NCBI GenBank assembly: GCA_013239625.1
Contig: MU053629.1
Span: forward strand, 833,567-897,566
DNA length: 64,000 nucleotides
Reading direction: 5' to 3'
Source: Lama guanicoe
Taxonomy: Eukaryota
Numbering within the stretch: the stretch's first letter is position 1; every line of letters starts with the position of its first letter. The notes beneath the pieces were generated by a model that was not told where the DNA came from, searched no databases, and saw nothing but the letters and a program-made list of their open reading frames with translations. Of this stretch, positions 1-12,087 are shown in pieces. The position numbers and the translations under genes were made by a program.

Positions 1-517
1 CCATCAACAGATGACTGGATAAAGAAGAAGTTGTATATTTATACAATGGAATACTACTCAGCCATAAAAACCGACAATATAACACCATTTGCAGCAACAT
101 GGATGCTCCTGGAGAATGTCATTCTAAGTGAAGTAAGCCAGAAAGAGAAAGAAAAATACCATAAGAGATCTCTCATATGTGGAATCTAAAATTTGAAACA
201 AACAAACAAACAAACAAAACAAATACAAAACAGAAACAGACTCATAGACATAGAATACAAACTTGTGGTTGCCAAGGGGGCGGGGGTGGGAAGGGACAGA
301 CTGGGATTTCAAAATGTAGAATAGATAAACAAGATTATACTGTATAGCACAGGGAAATATATAGAAGATCTTATGGTAGCTCACAGAGAAAAAAATGTGA
401 CAATGAATATATATATGTTCAAGTATAACTGAAAAATTGTGCTCTACACTGGAATTTGACACAACATTGTAAAATTATTATAAATCAATAAAAAATGTGG
501 AAAAATAAAATAAAATA
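1..517 (+). mobile_element. LINE-1 3' end (end of ORF2, 3' UTR, A-rich tail), young camelid-type; runs off window start
   Basis: Typical L1 3' text: ACAATGGAATACTACTCAGCCATAAAAA, CATTTGCAGCAACATGGATG, CTAAGTGAAGTAAGCCAGAAAGAGAAAG; ends in AATAAAAAATG...AAAATAAAATAAAATA. Confidence 0.9.
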
Positions 518-546
518 ATCAATTATTTTTGTTTCCGAATCTATTT

Positions 547-690
547 TTTTAATTGAAGTATTGTTGATTTACATTACTGCATTAGTTTCTGGTGTACAGC
601 ACAGTGATTCAGTTATACATTTAAATATATATTCTTTTTCATATTCTTTTTTGTAGGTTATTACAAGATATTGAATATAGTTCCCTGGGC
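547..690 (-). mobile_element. Heavily 5'-truncated LINE-1 3' end with TSD
   Basis: T-run followed by AATTGAAGTA..GTTTCTGGTGTACAGCACAGTGATTCAG, same family as copies at 10935 and 29129. Flanked by TCCGAATCTATTT (534-546) and TCCAAATCTATTT (691-703). Confidence 0.85.
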
Positions 691-1023
691 TCCAAATCTA
701 TTTATAACACTTGTATTTGACACTGTAATTATTTAATTTAACCAAAAGGAACATAAAGCAAAACAGAGAAGTGGCACAAAAGAAAATTATTGCTGTTTTA
801 TGACAAACACGTTGCTTGAAAAAGGTGAACCACTAAAAACCTTTTTGAACAAAGTGTGGACAAGATAACTGTAAGAAACAGGAGGCGCTTTGTAGAAATC
901 TAGGATCCTGCAGTCAAATTGTTTCACAAGTAACTTACATCCTCTCTTTATAAGAACAGAAAATGCAAATTATGAGTGTGGCTTATATAAGGCAGACAGG
1001 GAGGATAGTCATCAGGGGGCTTT

Positions 1024-1099
1024 AAAAAAAAGAAAGAAAGGAAGGAAGGAGGAAAGAGAGAAAGAGAGAAAGAAGGAAGGAAGGAAGAGAAAGAAAGGA

Positions 1100-1163
<64 letters not shown>

Positions 1164-1184
1164 AAAGAAGAAAGAAAGAAAGAG
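1024..1184 (+). repeat. (GAAA)n/(GGAA)n purine microsatellite, block 1
   Basis: Directly visible; only A and G. Confidence 0.98.
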
Positions 1185-1302
1185 CTTTCCTTTCTAGATC
1201 CTTACCCTTACAAACACGTCTTCACTAATTCCAGCCTTTGTCAAGAAAAGCCACTATGGCCAATTTTGTGGCTGCTTTTCCATGCTTGGTAGTAACTGTT
1301 CC

Positions 1303-1443
1303 AGAAAGAAAGAAAGAAAGAGAAAGAGAAAGAAAGAAAGAAAGAAAAAGGAAGGAAGGAAGGAAGGAAGGAAGAAAGAAAGAAAGAAAGAAAGAAAAGA
1401 AAGAAAGAAAGAAAAAGGAAGGAAGGAAGAAAGAGAAAGAAAG

Positions 1444-1486
<43 letters not shown>

Positions 1487-1537
1487 GAAAGAAAAAAAAG
1501 AAAGAAAGAAAGAAAGAAAGAAAAAGGAAGGAAGGAA

Positions 1538-1603
<66 letters not shown>

Positions 1604-1653
1604 AAAAGGAAGGAAGGAAGAAAAAGAAAGAAAGAAAGAGAGAGAGAAAGAAA

Positions 1654-1705
<52 letters not shown>

Positions 1706-1838
1706 AAAAGGAAGGAAGGAAGGAAGAAAGAAAGTAAAAGAAAGAAAGAAAGAAAGAAAGGAAGAAAGAAAGAAAGAAAGAAAAGAAAAGAAAGAAAGAA
1801 GGAAAGGAGAGAAAGGAGAGAAAGAAGAGAAAGAAAGA
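1303..1838 (+). repeat. Compound (GAAA)n/(GGAA)n/(GA)n purine microsatellite, block 2 (~535 bp)
   Basis: Directly visible; all purine apart from one T near 1735. Confidence 0.98.
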
Positions 1839-2059
1839 GCCCCGGATCCACATTAAAATAAGATTATATGTGTCCTGTTTTATGATTTTTTCCAGCTGGA
1901 CCAAATTTTTCGACTACTCGGCTGACTACCAGTCCCAATCACCTAGGACAAGAGGACTTGCATTTGCTATTAATGTAAAATAACCCCCATTTTCAGATGA
2001 CTTGTCCAGGCTCCTGAGTGAGCATCCTGGACAGACGCCAAGGGGGAGGCACATTGGTG

Positions 2060-2250
2060 CGACACTGGGTGCAGTGCCTCAGAAGACATCAAGTCCAAAT
2101 TCCAGCTCTACCCTGACCAACGTTGTGGACTTGGGCAAATCACTTACACTCTTTGAGCTCAGCTTTCTCACCTACTAAGCAATGGTTGTGTCTTGGGATT
2201 AGTGTCTAGATGAGCCAATATCATCTAGAAGCACCCAGCATGGTGCCAGA
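2060..2250 (+). mobile_element. MIR SINE
   Basis: Core TTGGGCAAATCACTTACACTCTTTGAGCTCAGCTTTCTCACCT. Confidence 0.7.
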
Positions 2251-2870
2251 GCCACTGTTTTTTTTCTCATAACAAAATCATAATACTTGCGTTAAGTAAA
2301 CCACTATATAAGCCACTATTATTGTATAAATTTGTAGCAGTTCAAATATTTTAGAGAGGCAGACCCACTTTTAAACGTGAGCTTCCTTTGCTGACTCTAA
2401 ATGGGAGGAGTGGGGATGAAATGAGCCTTGGTGGGGGGTTGGACGTGGATGAGCAGGAAAGACAGATGGTGCCCCTCCTTGTGGGCACATTCCAACTCAC
2501 AGGAGGCGGCCTTAGGAGAGGGGCACCTGCTGAGTGGTTCTGTTAGGTGCACATTCAGACCCTGCACCCAAGAGCCGAGACAGGGGGGTCCTGGGAACAG
2601 AATGTGCAGGACCCTCCTGGAGCCAAGTAAGAGGGGAGCAAGAGTCAAGAGCTGCCATGTGAACCAGCGTTGGGAGCCCGTTTGCAGGGGGTCGCACCGC
2701 ATCGCAGGTGTGCCTGGCAGTGCCTCGGAGGGTGTGCTGAGTCCTGGGGCTTATTAGCTGCTTTCCCCGGTGGTCACCACCCTGTGACTTCCCCAGCCCC
2801 TGAGCCAAGAGCTGAGGAGCAAGCCGACCTCAGCACTGGGAGAGGCTCCACTCAGCGCCTCGGAACATCC

Positions 2871-2990
2871 CTCTGTGTGTGTGTCTGTCTCTTTCTCTGT
2901 GTGTCCCTGCCTCTCTTTCTGTTTCTCTGTCTCTGCCTCTCTGTCTCTCTCCACGTCTCTCTGTGTCTCTGCATCTCTCTCTCTCTGTCT
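2871..2990 (+). repeat. Degenerate (CT)n/(CTGT)n microsatellite
   Basis: Directly visible TCTC/TGTC mosaic. Confidence 0.9.
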
Positions 2991-5619
2991 CCCCGCACCC
3001 CGACCCCACCCAGTGGCTGAGTCATATGGAGCAGTCCTCACGTTTCACTGGTTGGCAGTTTTGGTTTCCCAGGATGCCTGCTCCCGGCCCACCAGATGCA
3101 GAACGAGCTGCTGCTAGCAGGGGTTATTTTTGTCAGCTGAGTCACCACGCCAGAGAACAAGATATGACCCTGCCTCATGTCTAATCTGAGAGGCTAGAAT
3201 GGGCTGGGACCTCGGGAATACTGAAAGCCTTAACTGAGACATCACCTATTGGAGCCCAGGGTTCAGCCTTTGCCCTTGCAGGCAGCCCCTGACTGGAGAG
3301 GGAAGCTGCCCCTCTGTCCTGGTGCTGAGGCTTTGGGACCAGGGGCGTCCATCCATCACAGCCCCTCTGCACCCTCCGGGCTTCACATTGGCACTGCTGC
3401 TCCCTGATGCCCCCTGACTTGTGTTACGGTTAATGGTACTCGGGACTCAGCTATCTGCCCTCCTAGACCCTGAGCTCCCTTGGGTGAGGGACCACAGCTG
3501 TTTATATCCCTCTGGCACACATCACAGTGATGAGAACATAGCAGGTGTTCAGTAAACAGTAGCTTCCTTCCCCTTATTGCCCCACAAAAAGCCACCTGCG
3601 CCTCAGCTCCTCTACCTTTAAGCATCTCTCTTGTCTAGAAGGATTTCTCGTTTCCTCTCTGCAGCCAAGTCTTACTCAAGGTCCAGGCTCCAGCCACCAC
3701 CCTGTCCATTCAGCCTGACTCCCTAGGATTGCTGTCTGCCCTGGCCTCCTCCAGCATCCTCTGCCCTTCACTCTTGCATCTCCTGAAATCATGGGCGGAA
3801 GTGGTCTGCATGCGGGCACAGGCGCCGTCTTCTGGGAAATCCCAAGAGTCCTCAACCCCAAAAGGTTATGGGGAGGGATTAAAGGGGCTTAGAAAGGTTT
3901 GGAATAAGCAGCCCTTGAACAAGACTGGCCTGGCCACGTGCTGGCAGGCTCTCCTCCATCTTTTGTCAGGTTCCGTTTTGGGGTGGGGACCTTGGCGGAG
4001 GCCCCAGGGCGGCGGCGCATCAGTGTGCCAACACGCGTGTGCCCTCCGGGTCGGTGACAGCACTCAAACACGAGGGGTCGTGGTGGCCGTCCGAACGGCC
4101 GCTTGTGAGACTTGCCAGCTTTGCAGTTTCTCATTTCTCCACATTCTGAACATTTCTAAAGCAGAAATCATTTTCGCTTGGCTAGAGTGGAAACTCGGGA
4201 TGGAGTGAATCGCCTCGGCCTCGTCTAAAATAGATAAACTGGGCTGAGTGCGGAGAGAGCGGTAGCCAGCCATTTGCTTGGACACCACACACAGCTGCAC
4301 GAAATGATAGCCTGCTTGTAATTAAATCAGCGGCTGGCAGCCTCACCTTGGAATATTTATAAGGAAACAGACCTGGGAGGGAGAACTGTGAGTCTAGGCC
4401 GCAAAGACTATTGGAAGAAGGACTTTCTAGTGTGTCCAGAAAGTGTGGTTCTTGCTTACCCATAGGAAGACAAGGGAGAAAGAAAGGAAATTCTATTAGG
4501 GAGATGGCATGTGACATTTTATTTCATTTCCAGCGGTGTGCCTGTCCTCGTGTGTACATGTGTGTCTGTCTGTCTGTCTTTCTCACTGCAGAAGATGTGG
4601 GGGTCTGCTCCTCTTCTTTCCTATCCTGCGAGCTCTGGCAGGGCACCCGGGGCGGGATACCCTCCGGTGTCTCAGGGGAGTCCCTGGGTTTGCTCCCAAA
4701 TTATGCCAAAGCCCCGTCTGCACCACAGGGACGCCGCCTGGCCCCCCTTCTCTGGCTCTCATGTTGTTGAAGCACCCTGGGTGCAAGGAGATCTGCCTCT
4801 GAGAAGAGATACAGCCAGGCAGTATCATGTACTCTTATCGCCGTGCAGAGCCAGATGCTGCAAGGGGACCCCCAAGGTCAGTGAGCAGAGTGTAACCTTA
4901 GGCAAGCTGCCTCCTCTCTAAGCATCTTCCCCCCTCCACCCCTCCCACCACTCATCTATTAAATTCCTCCAGGGACACTGGGGAGTCGCACCTCTCCCCC
5001 ACCCCAGAAAAGCCTCAGAGAACCCCAGGAAAGGAACATCAAGGTGTGGGAGAAGGGGCACTGGGCGAGGGAGCACTGAGCTGTGGCCCCGGGCCATTGA
5101 CTTAGGCTTCGCTGAGTTCTCAGTAGCAACAGTTGATTCAACAGTTATCCCTGTGCTGCATCCTTGACCTACAGGCACCACTGTCCTAGGTAATAGGATA
5201 AAAAGGTGCAAGAGGCAAAGTCCCTCCCGTGCCTCCTGGGAATCGGAGATGTGAAAGCAAGCTGATACGTGAGTCACAGTGCAATCAAGTAAACTGTGCT
5301 AGACATTCATGGCAGGCGCCGGGCGTTGGGTAGGGGGCACATCACCTGGACTAAGGGAGGGGCTATAACAGGAGGGAGCATCTGAGCTGAGAGCCGAAGG
5401 ATGAGTAGAGGTGAGCCAGGCCAAAGAGGAGTGGCCTTCTGGGCAGAGGGGACAGCAGAGGCAAGGTCCCAGGGGTGGAAAACATCATGGTGCATGGAGA
5501 AAATGAGAGAGTTTTGGTGTTGCTGATGAAAAGGGCAAGAAATGAGTCTGGTTCTGTAGCTGGGACCAAAACATGAAGGACTCTGAACCTCAGCCTAAGT
5601 AGTCTGAATCCTGTAGATG

Positions 5620-6205
5620 ATCTTTTTAAAATGCAGCCTGGAGGATGTCACTTCTCTATTTGGAACTGCAATGGCTCCATTTCTCCCACAATCAGAACTG
5701 AAAGACCTTAAAATGGCCCACAGACCCAACACAGCCTGACTTCGAACTGCCTCTCTGACCTCATCTCCTTCCAATGTTCCCCCCTTGTACACTCTCACAA
5801 CCTCCTCCCTAGCCCTCAAATAAGCCAGACAGCTGCTGCCCCAGGACCTTAGCACTGCCTCTTCCTTCTGCCCTCAGTGCTCTTTTCCCAGTTATCTTCA
5901 TGGCTCAGTCCCTCACCTCCTTTAAGCCTTGCTAAAATGTTACTTCTTGGTGAAGCATGTCCTGACTGTCCTTTTCAAAACTACATCACCTTCTTTCCCT
6001 CATTCCACACTCTAAACTCCTATTCGATTTTTTTTTTGCAGCACACATTTTAACATACTGTACAATTGTCTTCTTTATTATGTTTCCCCCACCTAGAATA
6101 TAAACTGGACCAGGGCAGGTGTTTTTGTCTGCCCTGTTCATTGCTATATCCCAGCACCTAGAACAATGACTAGCACATAGTAGTGCCTTAATAAATATTT
6201 CTTAG
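5620..6205 (+). mobile_element. L2 (L2a-like) LINE 3' portion
   Basis: CTCTCTGACCTCATCTCC ... TGTTCATTGCTATATCCCAGCACCTAGAACAATGACTAGCACATAGTAGTGCCTTAATAAATATTT is the canonical L2 3' end. Confidence 0.85.
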
Positions 6206-6314
6206 TTAATGGGTGATGTGACTAGAGAGCCAGTGACTGGCATTAGGTAGGGGAGTGACATACTCACTCCATTTTATCATTTAAAATCACTCCAGCTACT
6301 CAGTGTAGACTCAT

Positions 6315-6585
6315 GGTGGTTTTCCTAAGCCCGTTCCCCTTTTAATCATGAGTCACAGTAAGAAATTCGTTTCAATTTCTTGTACCCACACTAGGAACAT
6401 ACAAAAACATCTACCTGAAACAAAAGTTTCATGAAACAATAGTTATTTTTTCACCTTTGCAGTGCTCTGTTACCTACTCTATGCCGTGCTACTTCATTTT
6501 TAAAAAATATATAATGGTTGCAGACTACTAAATTGATTTCACAACCCACCAACAGATCAAGGCTTGGAGTTCAAAAAACACTGGT
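6315..6585. mobile_element. hAT-Charlie-like DNA transposon fragment
   Basis: Charlie-like termini (GTGGTTTTCC... / GGAGTTCAAAAAACACTG) with an AT-rich interior. Confidence 0.45.
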
Positions 6586-6589
6586 TTAA

Positions 6590-6722
6590 TACTCTGGAAT
6601 TTGATAGTGATGATGATTGTACAGTATTGTAAATATACTAAAAACCACTGAATTGTACACTTTAAAATAATTTACATGGTGGATTTCACATTAGATGACT
6701 TTTACCTCAACAGAAAAAAAAA
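6590..6722 (+). mobile_element. Old L1M (L1MB/MC-like) 3' terminus
   Basis: GATAGTGATGATGATTGTACAGTATTGTAAATATACTAAAAACCACTGAATTGTACACTTTAAAA followed by an A tail. Confidence 0.8.
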
Positions 6723-7005
6723 CCTTTTTAAAAATGGTATAGAGGATTAATCTAAGCGAGGCCAACATAGAGGTAGGAAGACCAATGAGAAAATGATTAT
6801 AATCATCCAGGTAAGAGTGATGAACAGACAGAAATAGTCCACATGGACAAGAAGGGCAATTCCAAAACTATTTTAGAAAGTAAAGTTGGAAAGCGTAAGT
6901 CATAGGAATAGTCAAGGATGAGTCTAGTCTTTTGCCTCTGGTACAAGGGGACAATGGTGCTGTCATTTGAAATCAAGCCAGTACACATAGTAGGAAACCA
7001 TTTGC

Positions 7006-7118
7006 GGGGGGCGCTAATTAGGGTTATTTATTTATTTTTAATGGAAGTACTGGGGATTGAACCCAGGACCTCAGGCATGCTAGGCGTTCGCTCTGCCACT
7101 GAGCTATACCCTCCCCCC
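7006..7118 (-). mobile_element. tRNA-derived camelid SINE (Vic-1-like)
   Basis: Reverse complement reads GGGGAGGGTATAGCTCAGTGGCAGAG..TCCTGGGTTCAATCCCCAGTAC..AAATAAATAAATAACCCTAATTAG, with Pol III A and B boxes. Confidence 0.9.
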
Positions 7119-7993
7119 ACCTTATTTTTAAAAAGTAAGGGTGAAAATTGTGGAGAGTTTTGGGTGGCTTACTGAGGAATGTGCACTTGAAGAGAGCCAG
7201 AGAATTTGGGGGATGGGGGTTCCCAGTCCCTAGGAAATCCTCCCTGGCCACTGTTGGAAACAGTGTCCTGGGAACCAGTCCACGGCCACTATTCCGCGAC
7301 AGCCTGACTCTAGTGGTCTTTAGGCTGGTAATTTGCTGCGTAGTTCGCTTCTCTCCTGGAGAAGATTGAATTTCGCCTCATGCATTAACCATGCAGGGGA
7401 AAGGGCTGCCGGAGCTCCATTACCCACCCATCCACCTGTGGTCTCCATCCCTTCGTCACAGGCCATCTGGATTGACACACTGATTGATTACAAGGGTTCC
7501 AGTACGTGTGGAGCTGCTGCAGCATTACTGGTGGGAGGAGGAGGGCTGTGCTGTAGCCAGCCCGTCGGTCTCTGCTGAGCACCCCTCCTGTGGGATCTGG
7601 GCATGTCTCCCTGGCATGCTCATTTGGAGCCCTCGTTTTGCAGGCACACATCTCCTGCTAGGATAGCGTCTGCCAGCCCACCATATGCTCCATATCCTAC
7701 CGAAGGGGCTGTGGCAAAAAGAGTCCGAATTCAGCAGTTTTGATAAACCCCCAGAGGAGATCATCCACTAGGCCGTTTCCAAGAAATACCCACACCAACT
7801 TGTGAATGACACAACGCAACCACAAAATAAAGGGTTGGTGGTTTGCAGAAAAATTGGCATAGCTGGGGAAGAGAAGGGAGCTGTTGCTGATAAATGCCTT
7901 GTCTTTCCAAATACCAGTGGGAAAATAAGAAATGGCCAGCCTCTGCATTCCAAGCCTTTGGAGGAGGAAGAAAAGAATTCAAAAGTTCGATTT

Positions 7994-8129
7994 GGAGGGA
8001 GGAAAGTACAGCTCAGTGGTAGAGTGCATGCTTAGTATGCATGAGGTCCTGGGTTCAAACCCCGTTACCTGTGTTAAAATTAATTAAATAAATAAATAAC
8101 CTGATTACCTGCCCCCCCCAAAAACCCAA
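7994..8129 (+). mobile_element. tRNA-derived camelid SINE (Vic-1-like) with TSD
   Basis: AGCTCAGTGGTAGAG (A box), GGTTCAAACCC (B box). TSD AAAAGTTCGATTT (7981-7993) / AAAAGTTTGATTT (8130-8142), differing by one CpG transition. Confidence 0.92.
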
Positions 8130-8204
8130 AAAAGTTTGATTTTTGGCTGCAGTGCAAAGCGCTATTGCTGTAGGTTCAGCAGGAGGGGAGGAGAGGCAGG
8201 AGGC

Positions 8205-8420
8205 TAGTATTTGCTGAGATCCTGTCACGTGTCTGGCATTGTGCAGGCGATGTGTGGACCCGACCTCTCAGAGACTTTACCATGGCGCTATGAGCCAGGT
8301 GTTTCTGCACTCATCCCCCGGGTGAGGTAGCCAGTTCAGAGAGGTGACACAGCGTGCCTACCATCTCACAGGTCCCACATGGCAAAGCAGTGATTCAACC
8401 GGAGCTGTCTGAGGCCGAAG
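8205..8420 (-). mobile_element. MIR SINE
   Basis: Reverse-orientation MIR core (TGAGGTAGCCAGTTCAGAGAGGTGACACAGCGTGCC...GATTCAACC...GTCTGA). Confidence 0.6.
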
Positions 8421-8931
8421 TTCACCCTCTCTCTGCTGTCCCATGTGTTCTCCCCGGCACATTCCAGGACAGTGGGAAACCAACGAGGATCTGAACTCAT
8501 ATTAAAACAAAATCAGAACAAGAAACTTAAGAGCAAGTGTCACTGAATAAAATCAGTTTGAGTAATGTATGTTTATAGATTTATCCATCCATCCAGGAGG
8601 GAGCAGTAAATACACATGATGCTGGGTAAACCAGTTCCCCTCAAGTGTAGTGGTTACTATTACTGAACACTCCTACAGCAGGCGCTGTGCTTGAGGGGGA
8701 ATGGGCAGGCCCCAAGAGACATGCCAATGGCCAGGTGAAAGGCAGGGGCACCGATTCCTTGCTGCATGGCCCTCGCACTCAACACCAAGATTCTGAGTCC
8801 TCCTCACCACGATTTTGGTGTAGGAAGAACAAGCAGGAAATGGTTTGGGGTTTAACAGCCCAGGGCTGTTTTAAACCCTTACTTTCAATTCCACTGCTTT
8901 GAAAAATTACAGCAGGTTATTAGCAATGACC

Positions 8932-9282
8932 ATTACAATGGGCAATGTTTGTGTCCCCCACAAAATTCTTATGTTGAAATCCTAACCTTCAGTGTAATGG
9001 TATTAGGAAGTGGGGCCTTTGCCAGGAGATTAGGTGATGAGGGTGGGGCCCTCATGAATAGGATTAGTGCCCTCATCAAAGAGACCTTTGGAGCGCTTTC
9101 TCATCCTCTCTCTGCCATATGAGGATACAGTGGGAAGTCTGCAACTCGGAAGAGGGTGCCTGCCAGAATCCAACCATGCTTGTCCTCCGATCTTGTACCC
9201 CAGGCTCTAGAGCTGTGAGAAGTACATTTCCATTGTTCATAAGTGCCCCAATCCGTGGTGCTTTGTTACAGCAGGCTAAGAC
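8932..9282 (+). mobile_element. ERVL-MaLR solo LTR (MLT1A-like)
   Basis: AATGTTTGTGTCCCCCACAAAATTCTTATGTTGAAATCCTAACC...GGTATTAGGAAGTGGGGCCTTTG...ends TTTGTTACAGCAGGCTAAGACA. Confidence 0.88.
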
Positions 9283-9581
9283 AGCCACGCAGCTTCTCTG
9301 GAAGCAGTTCTGAAGCCGCGTTGGGCACTTCATTCTGCACAGCCGTGGAAGGTAGACAACTCAGCTGGTGAGGGGCCAGGAGGGGAGGGGTCCAGAGATT
9401 CCCAGAGTCAGAATGTTCAGAGAACAGCAGATGGTATCTGAAGGCAAACAGTGAAATGTGGACTTGCCAAAGAAGAAGACATATGGCTGGAGAACAGGAA
9501 AGGCATTCTGGACACCTGCCACGCCGGCATGCTCATGTACTGGCCAGATGTACTGCCAAGCGTATAGAGGAGCAGCTTAAA

Positions 9582-9787
9582 GCAGCGTTGTCGGATAGAG
9601 CTTACTGTGATGATGGAAATGTTCTCTACCTGCACTGTCCAGTCTGGTGGCCACTAGCCGCACACGGCTAGGCAGCCCTGGAAATGTGGCTAGTGTGACT
9701 AAGGAACTGCATTTTCACCTTTAATCAACTGCAGCTTGAAACTTAAATAGCCATATGTGACCACTAGCTCCCAGATTGGATGGCACA
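9582..9787. mobile_element. MER3-like hAT-Charlie MITE
   Basis: GATGATGGAAATGTTCT...GTGGCCACTAGCC...GAAATGTGGCTAGTGTGACTAAGGAACTG...TAAATAGCCATATGTG. Confidence 0.85.
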
Positions 9788-10889
9788 AAAGAGGAAACTG
9801 ACCTAAAAGTTGGGAAAATTCTGGAACAAAATAGAGCTTGTCTATAGAGGGTCAACCTTGATCAGGCACCACGTTGGGAGATTTCTCAGCAGCTCTGGGC
9901 ATCTGAGGCACAGAAGGAAAATTCTAAAGGAAGGAGGGTGGCTGAGGAATGTATGAAGACAGCCTTGCCAACTCAAGTTTGTCCAGAAACAGCCCTATTC
10001 ATTCGGCAACTGGAATTTGACCAGCGCCTGCTCCAGGCCACATCTTAGAACTGACCTCCATGCTTTGCACAAGCTCTGGGAGGCAGTCTACTGTGTAGGA
10101 GGCCATGCAATTTGACACTGAATCTTTGATATCAAGCCATCCTGTCCACGCCATTTAGTCCCACAAACCAGGATAGTGACTGCCCAGCTCCATCATTTCC
10201 CTCGATCCCTGTGTGTACCTTCTGGAAAGGACCCATTCTGTGACTTCAGACGTCTTTCTCTTTCCCTCCCTCCCCCCACTCCCCACGTTCCTCCCTTCCT
10301 TCTGTGAAAAAGTTTTGGTGCAATGAAATGAAATTTATTCACAGGCCCTAAGTTTTGCCCTGTGGGGTCCTCTTATTTTAGCAGCTGCCTCTCTCAATTA
10401 ACATATCTGCCACCTTTGCCTGAGGCTTATGATTGCAATTATACGGGCCACCTTTTGTTTTCTTCTTAGACCCATAGAGGGGGTGCATTCTGGGGAGCAT
10501 CATAGAAATCAACGTGTCCAGATCCCTTATATAGGAAAGGACAGATGCTCAGAGAGCGGAGGGACTCCCCCCAGGCCCTCCTATAACATGGTAGCAGAGC
10601 AGGGATTATAAACTCTGCATGACGCACCCAGGCCCTCCTTATCCAGGAACCGCTCATCCTCTCTGCCTGGGATGAATCCTCGATTTTTGTCAGCTCTTCA
10701 CATGCTTCCACTGTCTCTAGTTTCCTCAAAAAGCTATCCTTCACCTTGTCTGCAGTTAGAACTTCCAGCACAGTCTTTCCCCTTTCTCCAACCTCCCAGT
10801 CTCCAGTGGAAGTTAGGCCACGGGAGAATCACTGTTCCCCACTGTACCCTGTTCAGAGCTCTCTTTCTTCCTACAACACCAATGATCTG

Positions 10890-11556
10890 GGACAGATTCC
10901 TCAAACTGTAATGTGCACACAAGTGTCCTTGGGATTTTTAAAAATTGAAGTATAGTCAACTTACAATGTTGTGTTAGTTTCTGGTGTATGGCATAGTGAT
11001 TCAGTTATACATATATATATTCCTTTGCACATTCTTTTTCACTATAGGTTATTATAAGGTATTAAATATAGTTCCCTGTGCTGTACAGTAGGACCTTGTT
11101 GTTTATTTTCAATAGAGTAGTTAGTATTTGCAAATCCCAAACCCCAGTTTATCCCTCCCCTCCCTTAACCCCCTGGTGACCATAGTTTGTTTTCTGTATC
11201 TGTGAGTCTGTTTCTTTTTTGTAAATAAGTTCATTTGTGTCCTTTTTTTAGATTCCACATATAGGTGATATCATATGATATTTGTCTTTCTCTGTCTGAC
11301 TTACTTCACTTAGAATGACAATCTCCAGGTCCATCCATGTTGCTTACAAATGACATTTTATCCTTTTTATGGCTGAGTAGTATTCCATTACACACACACA
11401 CACACACACACACGTGTATATATATAAAACTAATGTATATATACAACTAATATACCCAACTCAGTAGGTCTGGCACAAGGTTTGAGACTCTGCATTGTTA
11501 ACAAGAACCCCAAGTGATGCTGAAGCTGCTGGTCCGTGGACTGCACTTTGAGTAGT
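10890..11556. mobile_element. MER5A-like hAT MITE split by a younger L1 insertion
   Basis: Left part CTCAAACTGTAATGTGCAC..GGGATTTT; right part CAGTAGGTCTGG...CTCTGCATTGTTAACAAG..GTGATGCTGAAGCTGCTGGTCCGTGGACTGCACTTTGAGTAG. Confidence 0.7.
10935..11390 (-). mobile_element. 5'-truncated LINE-1 3' end (camelid-type), followed by (CA)n
   Basis: AATTGAAGTATAGT...TAGATTCCACATATAGGTGATATCATATGATATTTGTCTTTCTCTGTCTGACTTACTTCACTTAG...ATGGCTGAGTAGTATTCCATT. Confidence 0.9.
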
Positions 11557-11606
11557 GAGGCTCTAGACTCAGGCTTTCATCCTAGATGGCTAGAGCTGAA
11601 AGGAAC

Positions 11607-12035
11607 TATCAAGGTCAGGTTCTCTGGAAGCAAAACCTGAGCCAACAATTCTTGCAGAAGTGCTCTCCAGAGAAACCTGTAAGACAGTGCAGGATGAGGC
11701 AGTGGAAGTAGCTCAGCACAGAGGTTGAAATCTAACCTCAGCCTCATCCCAAGGGCAGCTCCGGAATATAAGTGACACCACAAAGCTGTTCCACCCTGAG
11801 GCAAGGAAGCCAGGTTTCCACAATGAGGCTCGGTCAGTTATTGACTGTGGGTTTTCCCTGGGGAAAGGGCAAAACCTCCTGGATAAACTCCCAGGCATTT
11901 TCAGTGTTGGTGGCTCCCATCTGGTCAACGGCAAGATGCCACGGAAGGACACACTGTGAGCCATCAGCATCCAGCACTCACAGCCGTGGGAGGTTGGGCA
12001 CCCCCACAGCATTGGGGAGCTGGGATGACAGTCTA
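11607..12035 (-). mobile_element. ERVL solo LTR (LTR16-like)
   Basis: Reverse complement has CTTCCTTGCCTCAGGGTGGAACAGCT...GGGATGAGGCTGAGG...CTCAGGTTTTGCTTCCAGAGAACCTGACCTTGATA, like the LTR16/LTR33 group 3' end. Confidence 0.7.
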
Positions 12036-12087
12036 CAGCAGGGGCCTAAAACCCGTTCAGGCCAAATGCCCATCCCTGCTTACTTTC

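Larger units (their letters stand above)
740..1935. mobile_element. Degenerate Tigger (TcMar)-like DNA transposon fossil interrupted by a GAAA array
   Basis: Sequence either side of the array (GTGTGGCTTATATAAGGCAGAC...ATCAG / GCCCCGGATCCACATTAAAATAAGATT) resembles one continuous Tigger-family consensus segment as I recall it; not verified. Confidence 0.4.

Noticed and set aside
124..462. 112-aa ORF and similar ORF at 29152-29421
   Set aside because: Antisense translations of L1 3' UTR.
1225..1904. Four long K/E/R-rich or F/L/S-rich ORFs (151-216 aa)
   Set aside because: Translations of the GAAA microsatellite, which lacks stop codons; no protein-like complexity.
3729..4208. 159-aa ORF; likewise 43986-44444, 44927-45361, 49599-50051, 59617-60075
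   Set aside because: Low-information composition, frequent non-ATG starts, overlap with repeats and no domain similarity; expected by chance in GC-rich DNA.
4224..4233. MEF2-like CTAAAATAG (and CTATTTAATAG at ~12880)
   Set aside because: A/T core length does not fit CTA(A/T)4TAG.
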